Part shown: piece after piece, positions 39,721 through 49,412 of the stretch | Layout: every line of letters starts with the position of its first letter | How positions within the stretch are numbered: position 1 is the first letter of the stretch | Assembly (NCBI GenBank): GCA_012518015.1 | Contig: JAAYTM010000107.1 | Location: forward strand, 11,862-75,861 | Reading direction: 5' to 3' | DNA length: 64,000 nt | DNA from: Synergistaceae bacterium | GTDB taxonomy: Bacteria > Synergistota > Synergistia > Synergistales > Acetomicrobiaceae | Notes under the pieces: generated by a model | The model's input: only the letters and a program-made list of their open reading frames with translations | What the model was told of the DNA's origin: nothing | Databases searched by the model: none | Position numbers and translations under genes: made by a program

Positions 39721-40620
39721 TCACCTAGACCTCCTTGTAAAATGCTCTACGATCTCTACAAACACCTTAAACTTCTCGCCCAAAGGGGTTATTGCCTCCA
39801 CAGCTTTTTTTGTTTCATTTAAGGCCAGTTCTTTTGCTTTTTGCAACCCGTAAAAGGAGACAAAAGTTACCTTTCCGGATGCTTCATCCTTTCCGGGCGT
39901 CTTGCCAAGTTCTGAGATTGTTCCCGTCACGTCAAGTATATCATCTACGATTTGAAAGGATATTCCCATATGTGTCCCATAATTATGTAAACATGACATT
40001 GTTTGTCCGTCTACGCCGACCAGCGCTGCAGGAGCTGTCAAGGAAGCCCGTAGCAATGTTGCCGTTTTTAGTTCGCTCATTTTCCACAGGAATTCTTCAT
40101 TATCTTCTCCATGTTCTTGCGTAATATCCAAAGCTTGACCACCGCAGATGCCAGATGGTCCAATTGCATTTGATAATATGCCCAGCGCCCGAAGGATATG
40201 GCTTTGCGAAAAACCTTGTTTGGGCAGTTCATATAACGAAATCTCGAAGGCAAAGGCCAGCAAAGAGTCGCCAGCAAGTACCGCCATAGATTCGCCGTAC
40301 ACTTTATGATTTGTTAACTTTCCCCGCCTGTAGTCGTCATTATCCATGCAAGGTAAATCATCGTGTATTAAGGATGCAGTATGCACCATTTCAAAGGCTG
40401 CAGCCAAAGGCAGCACCCTGCTGGGCTCGACCCCTAGACTTTCGGCTGTAATCACACATAATGCAGGCCTGACCCTTTTTCCTCCATCCAGCAAGGAGTA
40501 GGCAATGCTTTGAGCCAATATATCCGGTATTTTCTTTTTGCACAGCGTTTCTCTTAAGTATTCATCTATTAGCTCTTTTTTCCGTTCAAATAGGGTTTTC
40601 AGATCGCTTCCGCTGCTCAA
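39721..40620 (-). CDS. ispA: Farnesyl/geranylgeranyl diphosphate synthase
   Basis: GGKRVRP, SLIHDDLPCMD, FQIVDDILD, GKTPGKD motifs. Confidence 0.93.
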   Translation of the reverse strand: MSSGSDLKTLFERKKELIDEYLRETLCKKKIPDILAQSIAYSLLDGGKRVRPALCVITAESLGVEPSRVLPLAAAFEMVHTASLIHDDLPCMDNDDYRRGKLTNHKVYGESMAVLAGDSLLAFAFEISLYELPKQGFSQSHILRALGILSNAIGPSGICGGQALDITQEHGEDNEEFLWKMSELKTATLLRASLTAPAALVGVDGQTMSCLHNYGTHMGISFQIVDDILDVTGTISELGKTPGKDEASGKVTFVSFYGLQKAKELALNETKKAVEAITPLGEKFKVFVEIVEHFTRRSR

Positions 40621-40835
40621 TTTTCATTCTCCTTCTGCTGCTCCCAAGTTGACTCGTTGCCTTCCTCGCTGACGAGCAACACCTTTTGCTGTGCTTCTGT
40701 CAAATAGGCTTGACAACTCCGTACCAAAGTAATTCCACGTTCAAATATTTCCATTGCTTCTTCCAAGGGCAAAGCTTCTTTTTCTAAGCGTTGGATAATT
40801 TTTTCCAATTCCTCAATATCCTTTGAAAATGACAT
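40617..40835 (-). CDS. xseB: Exodeoxyribonuclease VII small subunit (start 40835-40841)
   Basis: LEKIIQRLE..LPLEEAMEIFERG..L..AQQKV pattern; upstream of ispA-dxs. Confidence 0.92.
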   Translation of the reverse strand: MSFSKDIEELEKIIQRLEKEALPLEEAMEIFERGITLVRSCQAYLTEAQQKVLLVSEEGNESTWEQQKENEN

Positions 40836-40862
40836 CATCATTCCTCCAGACTAGTATACTAT

Positions 40863-40892
40863 TTGATTTTTTTTGGTCAGGCATGTTAAAAT
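40863..40892 (+). promoter_or_regulatory. Putative promoter of rpmB, overlapping the divergent xseB promoter region
   Basis: TTGATT-18 nt-TAAAAT with TG extension; TATACT on the - strand at 40853-40858. Confidence 0.5.
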
Positions 40893-40935
40893 ACCATAGC
40901 TGTTATTTTATAGCAAACAAGGGAGGTTTTGATTT

Positions 40936-41130
40936 ATGGCTCGAAAATGCGATTTCTGTGGGCGTGGTCCAATAACTGGAAATAGGGTCAGTCACTCCAA
41001 CCGTCGCACTCGCCATCGCTGGTTGGTTAACTTGCAAGTAGTTAACGTGGATTTGGGAGGCGGTGTTAAGAAGCGCATGAAGGCATGCACGCGTTGTTTG
41101 CGTTCTGGCTTGGTAAAGCGGGCGATCTAA
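40936..41130 (+). CDS. rpmB: 50S ribosomal protein L28, Zn-ribbon (C+) type
   Basis: MARKCDFCG..GNRVSHSN..CTRCLRS; GGAGG RBS. Confidence 0.96.
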   Translation: MARKCDFCGRGPITGNRVSHSNRRTRHRWLVNLQVVNVDLGGGVKKRMKACTRCLRSGLVKRAI

Positions 41131-41143
41131 AAGCCCGCTTTTT
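41115..41143. terminator. Bidirectional terminator overlapping the rpmB and thiN stops
   Basis: AAAGCGGGC-9 nt-GCCCGCTTTTT. Confidence 0.7.
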
Positions 41144-41879
41144 ATTTCACTCCACCACGAGGATGGCATATGTAAATTCCCACGCATCCCGACTCTATCC
41201 TTAAGTGAACGATTTTTTCTTCATGTTTTAATTCGTTGCTTATGGCGAAGGGTTCTTCCAACTTCAAGGTAGCGTCCTCTAGCTCCCATTTTACCCCCCT
41301 TAAATATACGCCTTGGGATTGCGGCGATAAAGATAACAAAGAAATCGCCAAAGGTCTTTCCTTAAAAAAAATCTTTAACTCCTCACCGCACCTAAGAAGC
41401 AACAGCGATTCCTCGTCATCGATAAAACCAACGGCATTTACTCCCCACTTTTCGGCCCAGAGCAGACTAAAGACATTGCTCATTGTATGGTCTAATCGTC
41501 CCCCCAGCCCTGCAGTTACAAACACAGAGGCCGATTTATAGCTTTCGCCGATTTGCATTAGTGTAAGCTGTAAATCGGTATAATCTTTATCTTTTGGGTA
41601 CTTGTAGGCTTTTGTGCCCCCTTTTTTGGCCCAAATCCAGTCTCCGGAAGAAGAACTGTCTCCATCGCCTATAAGTACCTTAGGTGTGATGTCAAGCTTT
41701 CTGCAATATCGGACTCCCCCATCAACTGCCCAAATGTCAAAATCTTTTGATATCTTTTTAAACCATAAGTCGTTTGGAGGTTTGCCTCCTGCGACAATCA
41801 GCACTTTGTCGTCGAGGAAAGGAGGCGTACGTTGAATTGCAAAAGTTTCAACCTCGATTAATTCCATTGCGATCACCAC
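41142..41879 (-). CDS. thiN: Thiamine pyrophosphokinase
   Basis: AVDGG, IGDGDS, KDYTD, GGRLDH, AISNE motifs. Confidence 0.92.
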   Translation of the reverse strand: MVIAMELIEVETFAIQRTPPFLDDKVLIVAGGKPPNDLWFKKISKDFDIWAVDGGVRYCRKLDITPKVLIGDGDSSSSGDWIWAKKGGTKAYKYPKDKDYTDLQLTLMQIGESYKSASVFVTAGLGGRLDHTMSNVFSLLWAEKWGVNAVGFIDDEESLLLLRCGEELKIFFKERPLAISLLSLSPQSQGVYLRGVKWELEDATLKLEEPFAISNELKHEEKIVHLRIESGCVGIYICHPRGGVK

Positions 41880-44181
41880 TTAATGCCTGAGACAAAACTT
41901 CTCTTGCCCTATCTTCGTCGAGCAATATGTCTCTGGGTTTGGATCCTTCCTGAGGGCCAACGATGCCAAGCTGTTCCATAGTATCTATTAGCCGAGCAGC
42001 GCGGGTAAATCCTACCCTGAGTTGGCGTTGTAGCCTACTTGCTGAAGCGATTCCTGTGGCTAATACTACCTCCACGGCCTCCTCGAGCAATGGATCGTCC
42101 AGATATATCGCTTCATAACTTGCTTGCTCTCCCTCTGAAATGTTTATATATTCCGGTTCGCCAAAAATATTTATAGTGTATTTTATAAACCTGATTACAG
42201 CTTCCTCTTCCACCCACGGTGCTTGTATTCTAACCGGCTTTGCGAATTTAGGCGATAAGAAGAGCATATCTCCCCTTCCTAGTAATTTCTCTGCTCCACC
42301 AACATCAAGTATGGTCCTTGAGTCCGCTTGTGACGGCAAAGTAAAGGCCACTCGTGCAGGGAAATTTGCCTTTATTAATCCTGTAACAACGTTTACAGAA
42401 GGCCTCTGCGTTGCCAAAATAAGATGAATGCCAGTGGCTCTTGCCATCTGAGCCAACCTGCATATATAGTCCTCAACCTCCCTTGGGGAAGTCATCATTA
42501 AATCAGCTAATTCATCAACAATTATTACAAGATTATATAGTCTGTCTTTCGGCAATACCTTTTCATTGTAAGATTTTATATTTCTAACTCTCGTTTTTGC
42601 AAATACTTCATATCTTCGTTCCATTTCGCTTGTGGCCCAAGCTAGCGCTGCGACGGCTTCTTTGGTCTCTACTATAGGAGGAGTCAGGATGTGAGGAAGT
42701 TTCTCGAAAAGAGTCATCTCTACTCTTTTGGGATCAACGAGAAGAAATTTGACTTCATCAGGGCGTCTCACAAAGCAGAGCCCAATTAAACAGGACGATA
42801 CAAATACGCTCTTGCCTGATCCGGTGGTCCCGGCAACGAGCAGATGGGGAAGATTTTCAAGCCCTACCACCATAGGGGTCCCATCGACTTTCAGTCCCAG
42901 AGGTAGGGGCAGTTCGTATTTAGATTGCATGAAATCGGATGACGCAATAACATCTCTTAAGAGCACTGGCCTTCGTTTGGGGTTGGGGATTTCGATGCCA
43001 ACGTAAGGTTGTCCAAGTATCGGTGCCTCTACTCTAAGGCTTGGAACAGCCAAGGCTAAAGCCAAATCGTTTGACAGGGCTGCAATCCTACTAACTTTGA
43101 TGCCAGGTGCAATTTGTATCCGGAACTGGATTACCGTAGGACCCAGCACAATGTCCGCTAGTTCCGATTCTATATCAAATTCGGCTAAGGTTTCTATGAT
43201 CTTTGCCCCGTATTTTTCCAATGTGGGCTTGATATCTGCCGTCGTGTCGTGATCGGTTCGTACGCCTAGTATCTCTAAAGGCGGAGGAAACTTACCAGGC
43301 TCGAAGTCGAGGGGAAGTACGAAGCCATCTTCAGAATCATCTGCTTCAAATAGCGCGTACGCCTCTTTTTCTCCGCGATAAGGTCTTTTGTCAAATGCGC
43401 TTTCAAGTGTAAGGCCCTTCTTTGCATCTGTATTATAAAATTCACTTTCAGGCAATTTGGAAAGATCGGATAATTTAATTTCCCTCTCTCTGTATTCAGG
43501 TTCGCTTGGTGCTTTTTTTTGCATGGACAATGGTCGGAAAAGATCCTTTATTTTGCCATGTACATTTGAAAGCAATTTACGAAAAGCAGCGACAAATTCC
43601 CTGAAATTGCCGGTGCCATAAAGAAAGTAGACGAAAAAGCCAAGCGTTAATCCAAATAAGGAGACACCTAAAGGACCGACGCTTTTTAGAGATATGGTCG
43701 CAATAAAAAGCCCCCACGTTCCGCATAAATGTATGTTTGCGGACTTCGGGTTGTTAATAAATATTAGTCCTAGCAGCAATTCAGCAGCCAAAAAAAACAA
43801 GATCATTCCAGCTAGTTGTTCTAAGAAAGCAGGAATTTCGCGTTTAACTAAGAGAGCGACGCTAAGATATCCCAAAAAAGATAGCGGTATCAAAGAAGCC
43901 AGGCCCCACTTGCCTGTCATAAATTCATTAATTGCTTCGCCAACAGCGCCAGTCCAGGGAGTAAAGATACTTGCCATGCAGTAGATAATGGCAAAAAGCG
44001 CCAATAGAAGAAGGAAGTCGAGCATCTTCGATGCTTTTTTTATTCTTTTGCGGTGTCTTTCTTCTTCAAAAAAATCGTCGACAGCTTTCTGGGCGTTGTC
44101 AAAAATTGTACCGAGTTTTTTTGTTATTCCCTTTTTGTCTTTTGACCTGCCTTTTGTTTTTCGTGAATAATGTTTTGACAT
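41848..44181 (-). CDS. ftsK: DNA translocase FtsK/SpoIIIE
   Basis: N-terminal TMs; PHLLVAGTTGSGKS, DELADLMM, ATQRPS motifs; gamma domain LQRQLRVGFTRAARL. Confidence 0.96.
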   Translation of the reverse strand: MSKHYSRKTKGRSKDKKGITKKLGTIFDNAQKAVDDFFEEERHRKRIKKASKMLDFLLLLALFAIIYCMASIFTPWTGAVGEAINEFMTGKWGLASLIPLSFLGYLSVALLVKREIPAFLEQLAGMILFFLAAELLLGLIFINNPKSANIHLCGTWGLFIATISLKSVGPLGVSLFGLTLGFFVYFLYGTGNFREFVAAFRKLLSNVHGKIKDLFRPLSMQKKAPSEPEYREREIKLSDLSKLPESEFYNTDAKKGLTLESAFDKRPYRGEKEAYALFEADDSEDGFVLPLDFEPGKFPPPLEILGVRTDHDTTADIKPTLEKYGAKIIETLAEFDIESELADIVLGPTVIQFRIQIAPGIKVSRIAALSNDLALALAVPSLRVEAPILGQPYVGIEIPNPKRRPVLLRDVIASSDFMQSKYELPLPLGLKVDGTPMVVGLENLPHLLVAGTTGSGKSVFVSSCLIGLCFVRRPDEVKFLLVDPKRVEMTLFEKLPHILTPPIVETKEAVAALAWATSEMERRYEVFAKTRVRNIKSYNEKVLPKDRLYNLVIIVDELADLMMTSPREVEDYICRLAQMARATGIHLILATQRPSVNVVTGLIKANFPARVAFTLPSQADSRTILDVGGAEKLLGRGDMLFLSPKFAKPVRIQAPWVEEEAVIRFIKYTINIFGEPEYINISEGEQASYEAIYLDDPLLEEAVEVVLATGIASASRLQRQLRVGFTRAARLIDTMEQLGIVGPQEGSKPRDILLDEDRAREVLSQALSGDRNGINRG

Positions 44182-45546
44182 CTATATGTCGCTTCCTCCC
44201 ACAACTAACTCTTTGATGAGGATAGTTGGTTGACCATCTGTAACGGGAACATACTGTCCATTTTTACCGCAAAGGCCCACGTCAAATCCAAGATCGTTAC
44301 CTACAGCTAAAGTATTTTTTAGGACTTGCGCGCTATTTCCCACCAGAATCGCGCCCTTAACCGGAACTGTTACCTCTCCGTCCTCGATCAAATAGCCCTC
44401 ATCTACGTGGAATACAAAGTCGCCAGAAGTTGGATTAGTCTCTCCGCCACCCATCTTTTTGGCGAAAAGACCGTATTGGACGCGCGAGATGATTTTTTCC
44501 GGCTCTTCGCTGCCTGGGAGCAGGAAGGTATTTGACATTCGTGCTGTTGGAGGGCGCATGTACGACTCTCTCCTTCCGTTCCCCGTGAGGGGAAGCCCCC
44601 ACATTTTATTACAGAAAACATCTGATAGATAGGCCTTCAATATCCCATTTTCTATCAGCGTGGTCCTTTGCGAAGGAGTACCTTCGTCATCGTATTTATA
44701 TGATCCGAAGGCATCTTTAATAGTTGCGTCATCTATCAAATTTATTGCCGAGCTTGCAACCTCCTCGCCAATTTTATCCTTAAATAGGGAGTAATCTTTG
44801 TATACTATATCACCTTCCAAGGCATGTCCACAAGCCTCATGTATCATGGTTCCTCCTGCCTCCCCAGATAATACGACTGGCATCTTGCCTGCCGGGCAAG
44901 GCACGCACTCCAGTCCGAGGAGGGCCTTTTTAGCGGCACTTAATGCTGTTGATCCGATGTTCGCTAATTTTAGAAAACGGTCTAATGGCACGCTGTATCC
45001 GCTGGCGTTATAGCCAGAGAAAAGCTTGCCACCACTTTCTACAATGACCTGAGCGGCAAAGCGAGTCAAATATCTTACCTCTTGTACAAGGTTGCCATTG
45101 CTTGCCACTATGGCTATTTCCTTTTGCGAGGTGCTCAGTTTTAATGTTACTTTTTTGATGTATTTACTTTCATTCAATATAACTTTTTCTAAATTTCTTA
45201 AAGGTTCGCTATCAATCTGAGAGATTTCCCCACCGCCTGTTGTTATTAAAGGTTCTTCTGAGATGGCAGAAGGAAGTTTTACTTTTATGCCTAATGGTTC
45301 GATTGTATTGCAAATCAATCTTATTGCCCTGTTGGCTGTCGTCCTATGGGTATGCATAAAGTGCGTTTCGTTCCCACGAAGTATGCGGAACCCGCAACCT
45401 TCTATTATGCCATGAGCTAATTCCTCTACTCTACCACCCTCAATTGTTATGAAGTGACCCGTTGAGCGCTGCATGTAGAGATCGCAGGAAAGATCGTGCT
45501 TTTTCCCAATGTTTGTCAATATTTCAGAAAGGATGTTTAATGACAA
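44182..45546 (-). CDS. tldD: TldD metalloprotease
   Basis: HEACGHALEGD, DDEG, TGNGRRE, RMSNT, CGKNGQ motifs. Confidence 0.92.
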   Translation of the reverse strand: MSLNILSEILTNIGKKHDLSCDLYMQRSTGHFITIEGGRVEELAHGIIEGCGFRILRGNETHFMHTHRTTANRAIRLICNTIEPLGIKVKLPSAISEEPLITTGGGEISQIDSEPLRNLEKVILNESKYIKKVTLKLSTSQKEIAIVASNGNLVQEVRYLTRFAAQVIVESGGKLFSGYNASGYSVPLDRFLKLANIGSTALSAAKKALLGLECVPCPAGKMPVVLSGEAGGTMIHEACGHALEGDIVYKDYSLFKDKIGEEVASSAINLIDDATIKDAFGSYKYDDEGTPSQRTTLIENGILKAYLSDVFCNKMWGLPLTGNGRRESYMRPPTARMSNTFLLPGSEEPEKIISRVQYGLFAKKMGGGETNPTSGDFVFHVDEGYLIEDGEVTVPVKGAILVGNSAQVLKNTLAVGNDLGFDVGLCGKNGQYVPVTDGQPTILIKELVVGGSDI

Positions 45547-45550
45547 AAAA

Positions 45551-45796
45551 TTACACCTCCACCGCGATAGGTTCCCCTTTTATTTTGAGACCTTCAATTT
45601 CGTCTTGAAGCAGCAAAAGCAACTCATAAACTTCATCTTTCATGTCGTTAGAAAAGAAAAGCCACGTATGTCCGCTTGGAGCCTCCTCTTTTCTGACATA
45701 ACCTAAGTTATCGTAGCTATCGACGATGGCGCTTAGGTAGAAGATTTCTGACTCCGGAACTTGCAACAAAATTTTGCAAAAGATAATTTTAGACAT
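45551..45796 (-). CDS. Small conserved protein, DUF4911-like
   Basis: IFYLSAIVDSYDNLGYVR pattern; tightly packed in operon. Confidence 0.65.
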   Translation of the reverse strand: MSKIIFCKILLQVPESEIFYLSAIVDSYDNLGYVRKEEAPSGHTWLFFSNDMKDEVYELLLLLQDEIEGLKIKGEPIAVEV

Positions 45797-45798
45797 AG

Positions 45799-46575
45799 CT
45801 ATCGCGATTTTTGAGACTTTCCTTTATTGCAGCATCTCAGCCATTCGTACATTCCTATGCTCGCTGCGACAGAAGCATTTAAAGACCCCGTCTTCCCAAG
45901 CATGGGAATTGATCTTATATCGTCGCAGGTTTTAGCTACGATGGGAGAGATACCTGCTTCTTCAGATCCAACCACAAGAGCTAATTTCCCGCCAAGGGAA
46001 GGCTCATCCCATATAAATCTATGGGCCCTGTGATCTAACCCAACGACCCAAACCCCCTTTTCCTGCAGCTCCTTTATCGACTTCGCTAAGTTACTTACCG
46101 CAATTGTCATAATTCTTAAGCTGGCACCAGCACTTGTCTTGTGTACCGTGCTATTTGGGTAGGCGCTATTGCGCTTAGGAAAAATGACTCCAAGTGCTCC
46201 GAAAACTTCGGCACTTCTTATTATAGCGCCAAGGTTATGAGGGTCCTTGATTTTATCTGCGATGATCACCAGTGCGTTGTCTTTGGCTTGAAAGATCTTA
46301 TCCAATAATTGACTCAAATCCCCCAATTTTCCCTTTACGGTGTAAGCCAACACGCCTTGGTGCGATGCTCCATCCGTTATTCTGTCCAGGGCTTGTTGTT
46401 TTACCCTTGAAACGGGCACGGATAACCTTCGTGCCTTATCGTAGATTTCATCCGCCAGACTTTTGTTTATTGATTCTGATATTAATATTTTATGACAACG
46501 ATCGGGAGCCACATCTAAAAGAGTCAAGACCGGGTTGCGACCGTAACAAATATCGTTTGTCTTTTCGTCTTTCAT
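45799..46575 (-). CDS. rlmB: 23S rRNA Gm2251 methyltransferase (TrmH/SpoU family)
   Basis: YGRNPV, HQGV, DPHNLGAIIRSA, GSEEAG, SLNASVA motifs. Confidence 0.93.
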   Translation of the reverse strand: MKDEKTNDICYGRNPVLTLLDVAPDRCHKILISESINKSLADEIYDKARRLSVPVSRVKQQALDRITDGASHQGVLAYTVKGKLGDLSQLLDKIFQAKDNALVIIADKIKDPHNLGAIIRSAEVFGALGVIFPKRNSAYPNSTVHKTSAGASLRIMTIAVSNLAKSIKELQEKGVWVVGLDHRAHRFIWDEPSLGGKLALVVGSEEAGISPIVAKTCDDIRSIPMLGKTGSLNASVAASIGMYEWLRCCNKGKSQKSR

Positions 46576-49412
46576 GATACTAAATACTTTCCTCCTCTAA
46601 TGTCCTGCAAAAATGCGGAGATGTACTTGCCAGTGAAACTGTTCCCGTTTTCTGCCAACTTCTCCGGAGTTCCTGTCGCTACGACATAGCCTCCTTCGTC
46701 TCCGCCTTCTGGGCCAAGATCAATGATGTAATCGCAAGAGACTAAAAAATCTAAATTGTGTTCTATCACAACAACTGTATTACCCTGATCGACAAGCTTG
46801 TGCAGTAGCACAAGTAACTTTTTAACGTCAGTGTAGTGTAAACCTGTAGTTGGCTCGTCTAAAAGGTATAACGTATGCCCTCTAAATTGCTTAGAAAGCT
46901 CCGTGGCAAGTTTAACCCTCTGTGCCTCTCCTCCACTTAAGGTAGGTGCAGGTTGACCAAGGCGAATGTAACCTAATCCGGCTTCCCTTATCACCGAAAG
47001 TTTCCTTGCAATCTTCGGTATGTCCTTAAAAAACTTGCAAGCTTCGTCTACGGTCATATTGAGCACGTCCGTTATGTTTTTGCCCTTGAACTTTACCTCC
47101 AAAGTTTCTCTGTTATAACGCTTTCCCTTGCAAACTTCGCAAGTTACGTAAGCGTCGGGCATGAAAAGCATCGGAACTTTCACTAATCCTTCTCCTTTAC
47201 AGGCCTCACACCGGCCACCTTTTACGTTGAAGCTGAAACGGCCCCTGTTGTATCCTCGTAATTTTGCTTCTGGCAACATGGAAAAAAGCTCCCTGATGTG
47301 GGTGAATACACCAGTATATGTAGCCGGGTTCGATCTGGGAGTGCGTCCTATGGGGCTTTGGTCTATCAGTACTACATTTTGAATTTGAGAATATCCTTCA
47401 ATGGATCGATGTTTACCTACTCTTGCCCTAAAATCGCTGTCTATAAGCTTTTTAATGCCCTTGAAAATGACTTCATAGAGCAACGTGCTCTTTCCAGAAC
47501 CGGAAACTCCGCTAATGCAAACTAGCCCTCCTAGCGGAACCTCGACGTCAATTGACTTTAAATTGTTTTCCTGAGCCCCGTGAACTTTTATGAAGCCCTT
47601 GGGTTTTCTTCTGTTATTGTAAGGAGGGAGCACGATCCCTGAGCTTTGTCCTCGAAGATAGCGAGCAGAGAGGCAGTTCGAGTTCTGAATATCTTTTATC
47701 GAACCCTCAAAGACTATCTCTCCCCCATGTTCTCCTGCAGCAGGTCCAAGCTCTATGATGTGGTCGGCAGCCATCATCACTTCCCTATCGTGTTCTACCA
47801 CTATTATGCTATTTCCTAGCTCCTTTATTGACTCGAGAGTCTTTAGCAATCGGTTAGTGTCCCGTGGGTGAAGCCCTATGGTGGGCTCATCTAATACGTA
47901 AAGCACGCCACTGAGCTTTGAACCTATCTGGGTAGCCAGATGAATGCGCTGGCTTTCTCCTCCACTTAATGTATCGGCCCTCCGATTTAGCGTCAAGTAA
48001 CCGACACCTACGTCCACGAGGAAAGAAAGCCTTTTTACAAGTTCTTCCGCAACCGGCCGTACCACCTTTTCCCACTGACTTTCCTTTGCCTTCACGTTTT
48101 TAATGACGTTTACCAAAAATGCAACCTGCATTTCCACCATGTCTCCAATGCTGTACCCTGACACCTTTACGGCCAAGGCTTCAGGACGAAGTCGCTTTCC
48201 ATTGCAAGCTTCGCAAATGTCCTCAGTGCGAAAACGAGCGAGCTCTTCTTTAACGTTTTCTGATTTTGTTTCCTTCCACCGTCGCTCTAACCAGGGAATT
48301 AATCCTTCGTATCGTCCCATATAGGTATATTCTTCGCCGTGGTTCCTATAGGTCATAAGGGCTCTATCGTTGGATCCGTTTATTATCGTGTTTATGATCT
48401 CTTGAGGCAAAGATTTTAATGGTCCTTTTAGATTCCACCCCTTTGATCTAGCGAGCGCTTCCATACGCCTAAGCATATAGTGATTTTTGCCCCAGGGAAT
48501 AATGGCGCCGTCTAGGGCGCTTCTTTCTGGATCTATAGCTAAATCCTTTGAGAAATACTCGTAACTTCCAATACCTGAACAGGAGGGGCATGCGCCGTAA
48601 GGACTGTTGAATGAAAAAAGCCTCGGTTCTACTTCTGGAATAGAAATCCCACAATCCAGGCAGACGAATTTGTTGGTGAGCAACTGCTCTTCTTTTTCGT
48701 CAATGACGAACAACACAAATCCGTCAGCTAGTTCAAATGATTTTTCTACAGCTTCACTCAAACGGTCCTTTTTCGTTTCTTGAGCGCGTATGCGGTCCAA
48801 AACAACCTCTATGTTATGCGGTTTGTTTTTGTCCAAGGCTATCTCCTCTTCAAGCCAAAGAATTTGACTATCAACCCTTACTCTTACGTAACCGGCCTGT
48901 CGTAATCTTAAAAATATGTTCTTGTGCGCTCCTTTTTTTCCTTTAACTACAGGCGCAAGAATAGAAAGCCTTCTATCGGGCCATTTATTTAGGACTAGCT
49001 CGACTATCTCGTCCACAGTGTAACTGTGAACTTCCCTGCCGCAAATGTGGCAGTAAGGCGTGCCTGCTCTTCCATATAGCAACCTTAAGTAATCGTAAAT
49101 TTCAGTCACGGTCCCAACTGTGGAACGTGGATTGTGAGAAATTCCTTTTTGTTCTATTGATATAGCCGGCGAGAGGCCTGAAATATCGTCGACATCAGGT
49201 TTGTCTTGCATGCCCAAGAATTGTCTTGCAAAGGCCGATAAAGACTCGACGTATCGACGTTGCCCTTCGGCATATATTGTGTCGAAAGCCAGTGATGATT
49301 TCCCAGAACCTGACGGACCTGTCATTACCACCAACTTATTTTTTGGGATCTTTATATTTATGTCTTTTAAGTTATGCTGTCTTGCCCCTTTTACGATTAT
49401 GTATTGTTCCAC
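46572..49412 (-). CDS. uvrA: Excinuclease ABC subunit A
   Basis: Two ABC cassettes (GPSGSGKSS, GVSGSGKS, LSGGE twice) and Zn fingers. Confidence 0.98.
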   Translation of the reverse strand: MEQYIIVKGARQHNLKDINIKIPKNKLVVMTGPSGSGKSSLAFDTIYAEGQRRYVESLSAFARQFLGMQDKPDVDDISGLSPAISIEQKGISHNPRSTVGTVTEIYDYLRLLYGRAGTPYCHICGREVHSYTVDEIVELVLNKWPDRRLSILAPVVKGKKGAHKNIFLRLRQAGYVRVRVDSQILWLEEEIALDKNKPHNIEVVLDRIRAQETKKDRLSEAVEKSFELADGFVLFVIDEKEEQLLTNKFVCLDCGISIPEVEPRLFSFNSPYGACPSCSGIGSYEYFSKDLAIDPERSALDGAIIPWGKNHYMLRRMEALARSKGWNLKGPLKSLPQEIINTIINGSNDRALMTYRNHGEEYTYMGRYEGLIPWLERRWKETKSENVKEELARFRTEDICEACNGKRLRPEALAVKVSGYSIGDMVEMQVAFLVNVIKNVKAKESQWEKVVRPVAEELVKRLSFLVDVGVGYLTLNRRADTLSGGESQRIHLATQIGSKLSGVLYVLDEPTIGLHPRDTNRLLKTLESIKELGNSIIVVEHDREVMMAADHIIELGPAAGEHGGEIVFEGSIKDIQNSNCLSARYLRGQSSGIVLPPYNNRRKPKGFIKVHGAQENNLKSIDVEVPLGGLVCISGVSGSGKSTLLYEVIFKGIKKLIDSDFRARVGKHRSIEGYSQIQNVVLIDQSPIGRTPRSNPATYTGVFTHIRELFSMLPEAKLRGYNRGRFSFNVKGGRCEACKGEGLVKVPMLFMPDAYVTCEVCKGKRYNRETLEVKFKGKNITDVLNMTVDEACKFFKDIPKIARKLSVIREAGLGYIRLGQPAPTLSGGEAQRVKLATELSKQFRGHTLYLLDEPTTGLHYTDVKKLLVLLHKLVDQGNTVVVIEHNLDFLVSCDYIIDLGPEGGDEGGYVVATGTPEKLAENGNSFTGKYISAFLQDIRGGKYLVS

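Noticed and set aside
40903-41187. 94-aa - strand ORF
   Set aside because: Antisense to rpmB
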